64,000 nt of DNA from Eledone cirrhosa (Eukaryota), in the NCBI GenBank assembly GCA_964016885.1, contig OZ024740.1, positions 125,550,001 through 125,614,000 on the forward strand, read 5' to 3'. The position numbers and the translations under genes were made by a program. Numbering within the stretch: position 1 is the stretch's first letter; every line of letters starts with the position of its first letter. The notes below the pieces were generated by a model. The model did no database searches, was not told where the DNA came from, and saw only the letters and a list, made by a program, of their open reading frames with translations. This document shows positions 25,821 through 39,168 of this stretch, piece after piece.

Positions 25821-26019
25821 ATGTGCATATATACACACACACTAATGCAGTAGTAAGGTGCATTATATATATATGTGTGTGTAGGTGTGTATCAATTGTA
25901 AGCTCGGTACATAAGCGATGCATTGGGATTGCAGACAGGATAGCAAAGATTGATGGCTTTTTATATAGCTGATGCACTGGCATAGTAAACAATAAGTGCT
26001 CACAGGAAACAAGCCTTAT

Positions 26020-26470
26020 CAAATATTCAGATGGCTCTTTAAGGGTAGTTAACAGCTTCTACTGCCTGAAGAACTAAATTACCAGCATTTTTGTAAATAC
26101 AGTGAGCTGAAGTCAGGAATGGTTACAAACAGTTTAGAGAGCTACTATCACTGAAGGCTATATCAAATTGAAAGGCAGGTTGAATGATGCTTGTGTGCAA
26201 ACAGTAATGCAGGAGACTTATGAGGATAGGAAAGAAATGTGGCATATGCTCCAGTGGATGTGTAACAGTATTATACATGAGTGACAAAGCATCATTGAGC
26301 TAAGAGAAACACTGGACATAAGAGGAATCAGATGCAAGGTGCAGGAAAGATGACTGCATTGGTATGGACATGTAATGAATATGAAGGATGAAAGATGCAT
26401 AATGAAAGGCAGCACTTGTGCAGTCAAAGGAACCTATGGAAGGAGAAGACCTTGGAAAACATAAGATTAA
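26020..26470 (+). mobile_element. old RTE LINE ORF 3' fragment (same family as 60091/61227)
   Basis: LKGRLNDACVQTVM...WMCN...ELRETLDIRGIRCKVQER*LHWYGHVM. Confidence 0.75.
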
Positions 26471-27948
26471 CTGGTGACAACCCATATTGCAGAAGATTTG
26501 CCTTCCCACACAAATGGGATAAAATGAGTATAAGGAGGATAGCCTTCAACTGTCAGTATACTCTCCTCCACCTAACTTCCTTCACCCTAAACCTGATGAA
26601 GCAGAGAGCTGGTTCAACATTTAGATTCTCCCTTCCTCTGCTTGCTGGTATACTCTCAATTTTCTTACCTCCCCTGTCAGTATGCTCTTGATTCCACCCT
26701 GCTCACCTCCCCACCCCCTAAATACGAAGAAACAGAGAGGTAGAACAACTGTCAGATTTTCACCTGTCAGTACACTCATGAATTCCTCGTCTTCCCTTCT
26801 TAATCCAACCCATGTTAGCATGCAGCCTCACCTTCCAATATACTTTCCCATCCAACCCAGGTTAGCACAGAAAGCCAAGTACATCACACATTAGGTCCAA
26901 GGTCACCCTCATGACTCAGCACCTCCTTTCCATTAGTGAGTTACATTCACCCAGCAAGTAGCACATTGACTGCATCATTCCCCACCCACATTTATGCCAA
27001 TAAGAAATATCAGGCATACCTCACTATATGTCAGACCCCATCCAAGCATGAAAATTTAATGATGTTAATAATTGTTTCTACTTTAGGCACAAGGCCAGCA
27101 AATACCCAGTGTATTACTGGTACTTTAATAATGCATAGTTATTATAATTACATCCATACTCATCCATATTTAATTACATTCATCTTCGTACTTACGTTCT
27201 TACCCATCTAAAAGGGCATTTGGTAACACAAGAGATGCTTGATCTAAAATACAATTGAATATGTATTCGCTTCTCCTGTTTCTCATACTTATCCCTCTGT
27301 TGGTATTGTTGTAGTTGTTGTCATTATGGTTATTATTGTTGTCATTGCTGATATTCTACTATTTTGAACAGTATCAATTTTTATCACTCTACACTAAACA
27401 CATGGCTTTATAGAACATTTGTGTTTGTTCTATCAAGTTAATCAAACTGTGATGGGCATATAACCTCCACCAAAAGAGGAAGTTTACAACTGCCCAGGTA
27501 CTGGAATTGGCAGCTGTTTCTTAGTCTTGGTGCCAATACCATCTGAATACCGTCTACTAATAAACTTGAAATATGCATAAAAGTTTATATAACCTTTTAG
27601 CATGGAAAATAGATGAGGATGATGATGATATATATATTAGAATATGTATTTAAAATAATATAAACATTTAAACGCCAGTTGATTTAACACTCAATACTGG
27701 TGGGCGGGAGTAAATTTTATATATTTTTTGAAGTAGAAAATTGGCAGTGACTTCAAAGTTTCAGCTTGGTTGCTTTATTAGCTATAAAGAATATTATTTA
27801 TAGATAATTTAAAAAAAGGAATTGAATCTTCTGTTTCAACAATAAACAGTCCAGTTGTTATATCAACTAAACTATATTCTTAAGTTATAACCATTTAAGT
27901 GGCTAAGTATTCCATAGACACCTATATTCTTAACATTATTCTCAGGGA

Positions 27949-28142
27949 GGGTGGTGGATTGGCAGTATCGGTAGAGCATCATACACCATGCTTTGTAGAA
28001 TATAGTTATGGCACTTTATGTTCTGATTTCAAATCCCTCTGAAGTTAACTTTGCCTTTCATCCTTATGGGGTTGATAAAATAAAGCATCAGTAATGCACT
28101 TGGATAATTGCTGGCCTTGTGCTAAAAGTATAAACAATTATT
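27949..28142 (+). mobile_element. tRNA-derived SINE family A, near full length
   Basis: TGGCAGTATCGGTAGAGC...TTCAAATCCC...CATCCTTATGGGGTTGATAAAA...GGCCTTGTGC. Confidence 0.8.
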
Positions 28143-28854
28143 GTCAGGAAGAATCAGCATAGTATGTGGAAAGTCTTACCTTTTGAATTACAGGTACAGT
28201 TAATTGAATGTACTTCCACGCCATTTTCATCTACCAAGTTTCCTTTAGATGGCTTGAGTGGAGCTAAGGCTATAGTAGATGCCACAGAGAGAAATAGAGA
28301 CCAGTATCTTGTGATTGCAAAGTGAACTTCTCAATCACTGCTCCCATATATGTATACATAGGCTTTTTATAAAGTACATTTTCATGTGCCTTGCAGTTTT
28401 GCATACATATTCATTTAACTAATCTGTATTTGTTATATATCCTTTTTCTGTAGCTAGTTTCTTCTCTCTTATTTTGAGCTTTATATCTCCATCATCATCA
28501 TTATGGCTGTCATAGTCATTATGATCGTTATTGTTGTAGTCATTGCCTGCATCAACATAATCTTAATCATCATCATCGCTATCACAATTTCTGACACCAT
28601 TATCCACTATTATCAGCTACAGGCAAGATTGTTGTATAGTCCCCACCACCAACAAAGTCGTATATCTTCACATCACAGATTGGAAGCCTGTTCTGATTAT
28701 ATTGATTACATTAAAGCATCACTTTCATAAATAAACTGCCATGCACTCAGCACTTGTTCTCAAAGCGAAAGACATGAAGTCTGTACCAATACATTGACTT
28801 CAATAAGATTAATTACATAGACATGGGCTTCAGCTATTCCCTCCAATCATAAAC

Positions 28855-29115
28855 GTGCACACACACTCACACACACACATACACATAAACACATGCACAC
28901 ACACACACACATGCATACGCACATACAAACATTTGCACAGACAGCCACACACATGCTCACACACACACACATACTCCTACACACACACACACAAACACAT
29001 GCATGCACACACATGCATAAACACATATGAAGATTCACACAGATAGACACATAATCTCACATACACACACACAAACACCTGAACACATACACACACACAC
29101 GCACATAGACACATG
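28855..29115. repeat. degenerate (CA)n
   Basis: Directly visible. Confidence 0.9.
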
Positions 29116-29444
29116 TAAGCATTCACAGAGTGTCATGATGGCCTAAACCTGAGTGCAAATAGAGACATACACACATTTTATACACACATTCAGACACAAA
29201 TACCCATTTAAACTATTGGATAGACCAATGATATTAAATTTATTATCCGGTAAAATGTTAGTATATATATATATATATACAGACACATATATATTCTATG
29301 TATACGCACACATATCTACATAAATATGCTGATTTAAATATTTGGCTATATTTACAACTATATTCATATATGGAAGGTGTGTATATATACACCTATTTAC
29401 CTATTTACACCAATGCCCAAATATATATATCTCCCACTCCTTTC

Positions 29445-29466
29445 TATATATATATATGTATATATG

Positions 29467-29546
<80 letters not shown>

Positions 29547-29548
29547 TA

Positions 29549-29587
<39 letters not shown>

Positions 29588-29614
29588 ATATATATATATA
29601 TGTATATATATTTA

Positions 29615-29670
<56 letters not shown>

Positions 29671-29752
29671 TATATATATATGTATATTTATGATATAGTT
29701 ATGTCTGTATATCCATAGATAGATACATATATATGCACACATACACACACAA

Positions 29753-29785
<33 letters not shown>
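29445..29785. repeat. interrupted (TA)n
   Basis: Directly visible. Confidence 0.9.
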
Positions 29786-30329
29786 AGTGCATGTGTGTGT
29801 GTGCATGTAAATGAGTGTATGCATCTGTATACACACTTATATCCCCCGCTTTCATAAAAGAACAAATCACCATGGCAGTCATATTATTCAGTTTTGAAAA
29901 CTTAAAACCATTTATAATTATAACGAATGGGAGATGTGCGCATCTCTCAAGAATTATTTCTCCTCTCGGGTCAGCTCCTGAATTATGGTTTTTCTGCTCA
30001 ACGAGGTGCACTGTTAACCTTCATACATATGTTATTGATGCATAAATAATAAACCACTCCCTCTGTTTCCTACCCTCTCTTGCTTTCATTTTCTGTCTTG
30101 CTCTTTCTACTTTTTCTCTCTTTCTACCTCTCACTCACTTTCTTATTATCTTTATCTTTATCTCTCTTTTTTGTCCTACAAGTCTTTTCTTTACTTTTTC
30201 TTTTCCTTTTTGTTTGTTTAAAAATTTGTCTTTATCCCAGGTTAATTCATACTGCTGATCATTGTATATACTGCTGTTTGAATGAATGCCTGAATTGCAG
30301 TGCAAAAACAAACACACAAACAAATAAAT

Positions 30330-30408
<79 letters not shown>
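30330..30408. repeat. (TAC)n(TAA)n compound microsatellite at the 3' end of the Tx1-like LINE
   Basis: Directly visible. Confidence 0.95.
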
Positions 30409-30409
<1 letters not shown>

Positions 30410-30642
30410 TTTTCTTTATTAACCACAAGGGTTTACATAAAGTAGGCATTAAGGACATACAGGACGGTACAAATGGGCATTTCTGCGTGTAAAAAAAACA
30501 GAGGATGTAATAAAATAACAAAGAAAAATTCCCCAATAGGGGGGAGACTTCCGAGGGACATTTGTGGAGAAAGCCCATTAAAAAAGACACGGTGACTCTG
30601 ACCACCAGGGCAGGTGCCCTCTCCCAGTTTTCAACCTTCAAT

Positions 30643-33600
30643 TTACAAGCATATACTCAGAGTATTCACTCGGGCCATTCTTGCCTCTCTCACCCATTTT
30701 TCAACAAAATGCTGGGAAGAGAGCACTTCTCTCTCTACCCTGATTTTCCTTTTCAAATGAAATTTGAAAAAGTTAATCAGGGTATCACCGAAGAGGTAAG
30801 TGCTAGTCTTCAGCCCTTTCAAACGTGTCCACCATACTATCTCTTTCGCCATGGCCACCAGACAGATAAAAATTGCCTGCCGTTCCCGGCTAAAGGAAGA
30901 GGGCGGGGAAATCCTCACGATGGACTCGTCCTACACGTGACAGCAGGTGTTCGACATAAACCCACAAGTCAGCAATGCTCGGATACTGGACGAGTGCGTG
31001 CAGGACGGTTTCGTCGCCCTGTGCGCATCTCGGACATGCCTGGCTGACGGCACCTCCATGCCTGTAGAGTTTATCCCGAACTGGCAAAGATCCCCGGTGG
31101 CACTGCCAGGCCAGGGATTTCTGGAAGTTGTCCATAGGCCCCGGCCCGAAAGTCCTTCCGAAGAGATTGGCTAGTTGATTTTCGTCGACGCCTAGAGTTT
31201 CTCCAAGTACGTCGTCGTTCTTCACCTCCACTAATCCCCTATAGAACGCCAAGGTGGAGTTTCCACCGATCACATTGCCCGATTGGTCGAGGGCTGTGAG
31301 CGCCTGAAGACATTCCAGTCTCCAAACGCTCCCTCTCGGTCTTCGCTTGACCCAGGACTGCAGCTCCCTCAAGGAGACGAGCTGGGGAAAAACGTGTCTA
31401 GCAAACGGCGACCACACCTGATCACCATCGAGGAAGAGGTGGAGATGTCGTAGCCTGAGCGCGTGTCTGCGCATCATCAGCCACGGCATGCCCAGCCCTC
31501 CACGTAGCGGGTGTTGACAGCAGATGGACCGCCTGACCATCGGAGCGCGTCCCTTCCACAAGAAGCGAAAGAGAAAACGCTCTAGCGCAGTCAGGCGGGG
31601 CTTAGGACAAGGTACGACGGTCAGGCGGTAGTAGATGACGGACGCGATGTATGCGTTAGCCACCTCCGCTCGACCTTTCAGGGATAGCTTCCTCTCGGCC
31701 CATTTCTGGGTGAGAGAAGCCACCCTGCTCGTCACCTCGTCCCAGTTTTTGTCCGTCTGGAGGTCTGGACCGAACCAGACCCCTAGCAATTTAACCGGTC
31801 CGTCCGTCCAGCGCCCGACGACGCTGTTGGACGGCATGGACCTGCCTCTCCAGGTGCCGAGCTGCAGGCCCACTGACTTTTCCTGGTTGATCATTGCTCC
31901 TGTCACCGCTTCGTATTCTCTTAGTGTAGTGCCGATCGCCTCGATGTGTTTGGCGTTCGACACCACTACGGTGACATCGTCCGCATATGCTGACACGGAT
32001 CTTCCGCATCCTAGTTAGCGCGGGACCTCCCACAACGTCTCCAGTTTGTGCAGTAATGGCTCGAGAGTCAATACGTACAATAGGGACGAGAGGGGACATA
32101 CTTGGCGGACCGAGCGCATGATCTTGAACGGTTCCGAAAGATGACCGTTCACTCTCACTACAGAGCAGATGTCGCTGTGCATGGCAGCGATCCAGCCTCT
32201 GAAGACGGGCCCAAAGCCAGCCGCCCTCAGGACTGCCGCTAGGTAACGATAGTCGACCCTATCGAAGGCTTTCGACTGATCTAAATTGATCAAAGACCCA
32301 CCCGTGCCAAGTTCCCTAGCTACCCTCTCTACGATGTATCGCATGAGGTGGAGGTTGTCGTGGATGGATCTGTCGGGAATGGCGCATGTCTGTGCCTCTC
32401 CCACCAGATCACCAACGACAAGCTCCAACCTCTTTGCTAGCACCTTGGCCAAAATCTTGAACTCTGTGTTTAGCAGAGTTATGGGCCTAAAATTATCTAT
32501 GGTATCCCCCTTGTTCGGATCCTTTCTAAGCAGCGCCACCGCTCCTCGTCTCACAGAGCTGGGAATTCTCCCGTTCTGTTGCCAGTTGCAGTAGACGTCC
32601 GCCAAGAGGCCTCCGAACAAGTCTGGCATTTGTACGTAAAGTTCATAGGGCAGACCATCCAAACCAGGCGATTTACCCCTTGTGCAGCCAGTCATTGCCT
32701 CCCGTACTTCAGCGGTTGTTATCGGCTTTTCGCAACACTCCGCTTCAGTAGCCGAAAGCCGCGGCAGTCCGTCGAGGTAGACACTAAAGTCCATCCCTCG
32801 ATCCGGCCCGCCACTGCCCCCGAACAGTTGAGCGAAGTGTCGCTGAAAAGCTTCACACATTTGCCCGGGAACGAGTAGCATGCGCCCGTCGTGGTCCACC
32901 AAAGACCGGATCGTGGCTTTGTTGCCACGACGCGCCTCCGCCACTCGGGCCCATTGAACCGCTTTCGTCCCCTCGTGTCTGAGAGCACGCACCCTAGCTC
33001 AGACAACGCAGCCTTCGTGCTTTGCATTGAAGAATTGGTCAAGGGCCAATTTCGCCGCAAGTACGCCTTTGCTAAGCGCCTCGTCTAATTTTCTAACTAA
33101 TTCTCCCTCTGCTCTATTTTTCTCTATTGCTAAAGCCTTACTAAACCTAATGGACTCTATTCTAATTGCTCTTTTCAGAGCAAACCACCACTTGTTGTTG
33201 ACGATGGCTCCCGTCAACTCCCGCTTAACTAGTTCGCTAATCCGGTCTCTGTAGGCCTTGCGCGCTGGTAAGGACGCGTTTAGCTTCCGGGTCCTCGTCT
33301 ATGAAGCCTATCTAAGTCAAGCACACAGTTCACGAATTTGTGGTCCGTGTAGCTGACTATCTTGAATTGTGGACAGCCTATGCTAGACCTATCTATTTCC
33401 CTACAAAATACTCTATCTAGATATGATCTGGATGACCCTATGCGATTTGTCCAAGTCCACATTGGTACATTCGGGAAATCCATTCGGTACCTGTCAGACA
33501 GTTCAAAACGCCTGAACAGGTTGGTGAGACTCTTGCACCCTCCTTCCCTATCCACTAATCCCACACAATCCCAGCGTGCATCTAAGATCCCGTTCCAGTC

Positions 33601-34020
33601 GCCCACTAACACTAAAGAGCGGGACGTTCCAAGAAAGGTCTCCAGACGCCGGAAGAAATCAGGCCGCCCTGCTCCTGTCGGGGCATAGACGGCCACTAAC
33701 CTGAAAGCTTGCCCGTCTCCGCTGGTCACGTCCAGCACCACCAACTTACCTTCTGGGTCCAGGAAGATGGCCCGTATAGCAAGATCCAAACCTCTCCGAA
33801 AAAGCACAGCAACTCCTCCCCCCGATCCCGGACGGCTGGGAGATGCGTACACATCGTAGCCGCCGAAGATCGGTGCAAAGCCCCGTGCTTCGGAGATTCT
33901 GGTCTCGCTGATGGCCACTACATCTATGTTTAGTGACCCGAGGTCGTTGAGCAGGTGGCCCTGCTTCCATGACGACCCCAAGCCACGCGCATTTATGCTG
34001 CCTATTCTGAGTGAGGTCAT
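30643..34020 (-). pseudogene. Tx1-like ORF2: AP endonuclease + reverse transcriptase + zf-RVT, frameshifted
   Basis: Motifs SINARGL, ISETR, VYAP, GDWN, SYLDR, TDHK, KSPGLDGLP, FRPITLLN, DQSKAFDRV, YADD and CPRC...ETVLH. Frame breaks near 33285, 33010, 32015 and 30910. Confidence 0.9.
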
Positions 34021-34054
34021 GTTGAAAAGGAGTGGAAAAGATGGGAAAGACCAC

Positions 34055-35005
34055 TTACCTTACTTCTCGTAGGGGAAGGACGGTTTTTCCATCCTTTTCA
34101 CTGCTTGTGGCCTCCTCATGAAGGATGTCCTTATAAATCCTCCTGGAGAGTGCTTGTCGGATGTCTCCGATGTCTTTGGGGAATTTTTGTTTTAGTGTCA
34201 TGTACGTTTTCTGTGTGATGCGAGTGATTTGTATGTGTGGAGGTGGTGTGAATTTTGGGGTTGTTGTGTAGTCTTTTTCTGTGATGCTGGTGTTGTGTTG
34301 GATGTAGTGTAATAATTGCTTGTTGTTCAAATTTAATGCTGTGTAGTGTGTATCGTTTTGGTTGTTTTGTTTTGTTTGCGTTTGTTGTGGGTTTGTTTCT
34401 GTTTCGCATTTTGGTGACTTTTGTGGTGTAGGTGATGGTGGTGTTGGGGTTAATGATGGTGATGGTGTTGGTGTTTGGGTTGATGAGGTTGGTGATGCTG
34501 GTGTGGATGGTGACATATCTGTCCTAACTGTTTTGTTTGTTAAGTTATTTGTTTCCCTCTGTATTTTGTTTTTGGAGGGGGAAGGAAGAGAATTTTTTCT
34601 TATTTGGTTTCTTTTTCTTTTTCCTGATACCGTTTCCCACTCCTCGTCGTCACAATCTATCTCCAGTTGTGATAGGCCGGGGAGTGGAAAATCCTCCACA
34701 GGCGTTAGTTTTGGTTGTGGCGTGGTGGATGGTGTAGGCGCTGGTGCTAGTTGTGAAGCGTTGGGTGGTGGTGGTGTTGGTTTTGCTGGTGGTGGTGGTG
34801 TTGGTTTTGCTACTGTTGCTGGGGTTGTTGCTGTTTTAGTTGCTTCTGTTGTTGCTGCTACAGTTGTTGCTGCCATCTCTGCTACTGGTGGTGTTGATGG
34901 TTGTGTCACTGGGGTGGGTAGGAGAGGTGGCCTCAACCTTTTAGCCTGAGGGCAGAAAGCCCTTAGGTGGGTTCCTTCACCACAAACGACACACCTAGGC
35001 CTTCT
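34055..35005 (-). CDS. Tx1-like ORF1 C-terminal part (CCHC zinc knuckle, Pro/Thr-rich), 5'-truncated
   Basis: CVVCGEGTHLRAFC (CX2CX4HX4C) and WETVSGKRKR. Stop lies 34 nt before the ORF2 ATG. Confidence 0.75.
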   Translation of the reverse strand, partial: RRPRCVVCGEGTHLRAFCPQAKRLRPPLLPTPVTQPSTPPVAEMAATTVAATTEATKTATTPATVAKPTPPPPAKPTPPPPNASQLAPAPTPSTTPQPKLTPVEDFPLPGLSQLEIDCDDEEWETVSGKRKRNQIRKNSLPSPSKNKIQRETNNLTNKTVRTDMSPSTPASPTSSTQTPTPSPSLTPTPPSPTPQKSPKCETETNPQQTQTKQNNQNDTHYTALNLNNKQLLHYIQHNTSITEKDYTTTPKFTPPPHIQITRITQKTYMTLKQKFPKDIGDIRQALSRRIYKDILHEEATSSEKDGKTVLPLREVR

Positions 35006-35369
35006 GCAAATGTCTGCAATAAGTGACAAGACACCTTGCTTAAAAAGATCCACCCAAACCAAAAGGATGGAAAAATGGATGTAAACTGAGGCCCATGAGG
35101 ATATTTATATGTTAGATTGGGGAAAGGATGGTAGTAGCAGAGCTGGATTTATGGGGGGGGGGGGGGCAGATGGGAGAATGCCCTGGGCACCCTTTGTTAA
35201 ACAGAACTTCCTCTAGGAACAGCAATGCCTCTTTCCAAACCTGAACCGACCCCAATACCAAAGTCTAAATATAGACCTGGGTAGCAGTACAGAATGCAAA
35301 TCTTTTGTGGAATATATTCATTTCGACCTATCTCCTCATTTGAAGTATTTTCAATATAGATATCTTGAA

Positions 35370-35740
35370 ATGTATGGAAGTCAAAGATGACTGCATCAAA
35401 GTTTGAACTTAGAATATGTAGGACAAAACTAAAGACTAGTTTGGCATTCAACCATTTCTGTCACTCAACTCTGATGAAGAATCAAAGCATTATTATTCAC
35501 AATAATATTGATGACATTTTCAGAAATCCTAATAAGAGCAAGTTTTCTTCAATATTCATTGGTTCCTTCTGTATATTTTCTTTTAATTACCTGGATATTT
35601 GGCATATTCAGGTTGTTATTTCCTTTACATTGAAGTGTTTCCCTGTCTGCATCTGAACTAAATGTATAAATCAAGACACCAATTTGATTGTTCTCTCAGA
35701 CTTAGGCCTCTGTCAAGATTTATCTCATTAGATTATGCAC
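35370..35740 (-). pseudogene. possible hAT dimerisation-domain remnant
   Basis: Weak similarity only (SILL*IIML; NFDAVIFDF). Confidence 0.25.
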
Positions 35741-35888
35741 TATGTTTATTACATTCAAATATTTAGCATTGTCACTTTCACAATTTACTTGTTTCTTGCT
35801 ACAGTAGCAAGAACATATTAAATGTATTAGCACAATGTTGCAAAATATTTCTCATTGGTGTACAAACAACTAAACTATCACCAATTCT

Positions 35889-36088
35889 NNNNNNNNNNNN
35901 NNNNNNNNNNNNNNNNNNNNNNNNNNNNNNNNNNNNNNNNNNNNNNNNNNNNNNNNNNNNNNNNNNNNNNNNNNNNNNNNNNNNNNNNNNNNNNNNNNNN
36001 NNNNNNNNNNNNNNNNNNNNNNNNNNNNNNNNNNNNNNNNNNNNNNNNNNNNNNNNNNNNNNNNNNNNNNNNNNNNNNNNNNNNNNNN
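35889..36088. other. assembly gap (200 N)
   Basis: Run of n. Confidence 1.
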
Positions 36089-36599
36089 CAGCGACTTGAA
36101 AACTCTAGTACAAACACTACACTTGTGACAATTATTGACACATAGTGCTGGGCCCATGGTACCATGTGAGGACAAGTGCAGAGAGATCTCCAGATATAAA
36201 GCAATGCCTGTGCCGTGAAGCTTTTATAGTGAGCAAAGGCACTGCACAAAGCCAGTCCCACTCTCTTAACCAAGATGATATTTACCAAAAAGAAGAACAA
36301 GTCAACATCATTGGATACCATCAAGGTTGCAGGTGTTATATCAGAGTTTTCCTTCTCCTAGAATTCTGCCTTGACAAAGGCTAAGGGGTCATCTCTCCCG
36401 GTGATTTTGGATGGCCATTGACTCTTAAGAGCTCCTTTGCCCTTTGACAGGTTTTGTTTTTAGTCCTGCAGGATGTCCAAAGTCACCCTCCTCACCAAGA
36501 AACCTTGGTGGGGTTGCCAGTTTAGTCGCCAACGACCCGACCATGAATCAGGTTGTACTGGGATACATGTTACCAGTAGCACCAACTGGTGACCTGACA
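36089..36599 (-). mobile_element. dispersed repeat copy 2 (inverted relative to 24875-25384), cut by the gap
   Basis: Near-identical reverse complement. Confidence 0.85.
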
Positions 36600-36633
36600 T
36601 ATATATACATACATATATATATATACATACATA

Positions 36634-36674
<41 letters not shown>

Positions 36675-36678
36675 ATAC

Positions 36679-36744
<66 letters not shown>

Positions 36745-36756
36745 ATACATACATAG

Positions 36757-36835
<79 letters not shown>

Positions 36836-36900
36836 CATACATTATACATATATATACATACATATATATATATATATACATACATAATATATATACATAC

Positions 36901-37015
36901 ATGTAGATAAATTCTAACACATATATATCCTAGAAACGATCGTTAAATAATGAACTTTTTGTTTAATATAAGGAACTGGTTCATTGTTTTATTCATTATT
37001 TTTTTAATATTTTAT
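36901..37015 (+). mobile_element. short fragment of the PLE2 terminal repeat
   Basis: TTCTAACACATATATATCCTAGAAACGATCGTTAAATAATGAAC matches 58410-58453. It is preceded by ATGTAGATAAAT, the inverted terminus of 58631-58642. Confidence 0.75.
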
Positions 37016-37072
37016 ATACATACATATATATATATACATACATATATATATATATACATATATATACATACA

Positions 37073-37112
<40 letters not shown>

Positions 37113-37402
37113 CATATACATATATATACATACATATATATATATACATATATATATATACATATATATATATATACATATATATATACACATATATATA
37201 TACATATATATACATACATATATATATACATATATATATATACATATATATACATATATATATATACATATATATACATATATATACATACATATATTTA
37301 TACATACATATATATACATATATATATATATACATATATATACATACATATATATATACATATATACAATTAACAACAAAGAGCGCTTAGAACATAGGTA
37401 TA

Positions 37403-37462
37403 TCTTTAATTGCTAACAGTGTTTCGTCCACACTAGAAGTGGGACTCTTCAGAGCATAAAGA
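37403..37462 (-). ncRNA. type I hammerhead ribozyme motif
   Basis: TCTTTA TGCT-CTGAAGA-GTCC CAC TTCTA GTG T GGAC-GAA-AC ACT GT-T-AGCA AT TAAAGA. Complete core, GUU cleavage triplet. Confidence 0.8.
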
Positions 37463-37814
37463 GTAAATACATAGTATACAAGCATTGACAAAGCCAAAAC
37501 AGAAGAATATATGTGGGGATACCATAAGTTGGGAGGAGTTTAAAGAGTAAAGTAAAAGGACTAAAATAAGAAAAGAGTAAAATAAACATAAAAATAAGAA
37601 TAAAAATAAAAATAAAAATAAAAATAAAAATGAAAACTAAGAAATGTTATCACTCACAGTTGGGCAGGGTTCCGTTAACATACAGCTACATACAAGTATA
37701 TGCATAAGCATGAGCACCCGCATGCACCTACACACAAGCACCCGTATGCAACACATACAGTATACACTAATACAAATAACATATCATAGACGGATTGGCA
37801 CAAGTTAAGAGTTA

Positions 37815-38012
37815 GAGATAGATAAAAAATAGATAGGAGGTAGATAAAAAATAGATAAATAAATAAATAAAAAATAGATAAAAAATAGATAAAAAATAGA
37901 TAAAAAATAGATAAAAAATAGATAAAAAATAGATTAAAAAATAGATAAAAAATAGATAAAAAATAGATAAAAAATAGATTAAAAAATAGATAAAAAATAG
38001 ATAAAAGATAAA
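37815..38012. repeat. 11-bp minisatellite (ATAGATAAAAA)n inside the left arm
   Basis: Directly visible. Mirrored at 39735-39940. Confidence 0.9.
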
Positions 38013-39032
38013 AAATAAAATAAAATAAAATAAAGTAAAGTAAAATATACACCAGAAGATAAATAAAATACACCAAAAAAATGGAGTAAAATATACACCA
38101 TAAAGGAAGGTGTGGGTAAAGATAAGACTGACAAATGCATAAGCTATCAAGCTATGTTCAACAAGTGGCATACGTAAACATATAAAATACACAAAAATAT
38201 ATACAAAAATATATATAAAAAAATATATATAAAAAATATATATAAAAGAGACGTATATATAAGGATATATATATATATATATATACACATTTCAGTCCAA
38301 GTAATGCATATTTATAAAGATGTAACTGGGGGTAAAAAGATGTAATAAGGGTAATCAAGATGGTAATTATTAGGGCATGTAATAATAATATTATTATAGA
38401 AATCCTAAGGTGACACTAGTGTTGACTCATGGTGATATATGGAATATATCAGGAGCACACGAACGCCTTAGGTGTTGCAGTTAGCCGCAGTTCAACAATA
38501 GAGTGTTCGAATGAGATTTTTTATGAACAGATGCTATGTCTGCACTAGATTGAGTGGACCATTACAATGCAATGGAATATTTATGTGTATATACGTGTGT
38601 ATATATATATATATATATATACTGTCTCTGTATATGTGTGTATGTATACTGTCTCTGTATATACATGTCTGTGTGTATGTGTGTATGTATAAGTATACAT
38701 ATACTGTCTCTGGACTAACCCTAATGTTGCGTACATTCTTGCGATGCCGGATTGTTGCTCAATGTTGTGATTTTGTGGTTATCGGCTTTGGAAGCTATTT
38801 GTTATGCACTGTTGTTGAGTTTTCTTATATTAAATGGTATGCATAATAACCTGCTTCACCTGACTGTGTTTTACCACCTGCACTTGCCTGCTTCTGCTCA
38901 CTAATATGCGCCTCAGTTATTTGCCTCTTGATGTTCGTGCTGCTGTATATGAATTTGCCTGCAACCTTCCCAGCATATGCTCCTGCTTGTGATACGGATA
39001 CACCTTGTTAACCAATTAATTCCTGCCTGAGT

Positions 39033-39168
39033 GCTCAACTCTATGAATGCACATCTGTGTATTGAACTTTGGAGTGTGAACTTTTTCGGATTGCCCAACC
39101 GCTCAACTCTATGAATGCACACCTGTGGATTGAACTTTGGAGTGTGAACTTTTGGGACTGTCACAACC
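39033..39168. repeat. 68-bp direct duplication in the spacer
   Basis: GCTCAACTCTATGAATGCAC...GGAGTGTGAACTTTT at 39033 and 39101. Confidence 0.9.

Larger units (their letters stand above)
30409..35005 (-). mobile_element. Tx1/L1-clade non-LTR retrotransposon, 5'-truncated within ORF1
   Basis: ORF1 plus ORF2 (APE-RT-Cys domain), 3' UTR with AATAAA at 30415-30420. Markedly GC-richer than its flanks. Confidence 0.9.

Noticed and set aside
26520-27010. Possible LINE endonuclease remnant on the minus strand
   Set aside because: Similarity too weak to support by eye.
31635-34949. Plus-strand ORFs over the Tx1 element
   Set aside because: Antisense shadows of GC-rich coding sequence.
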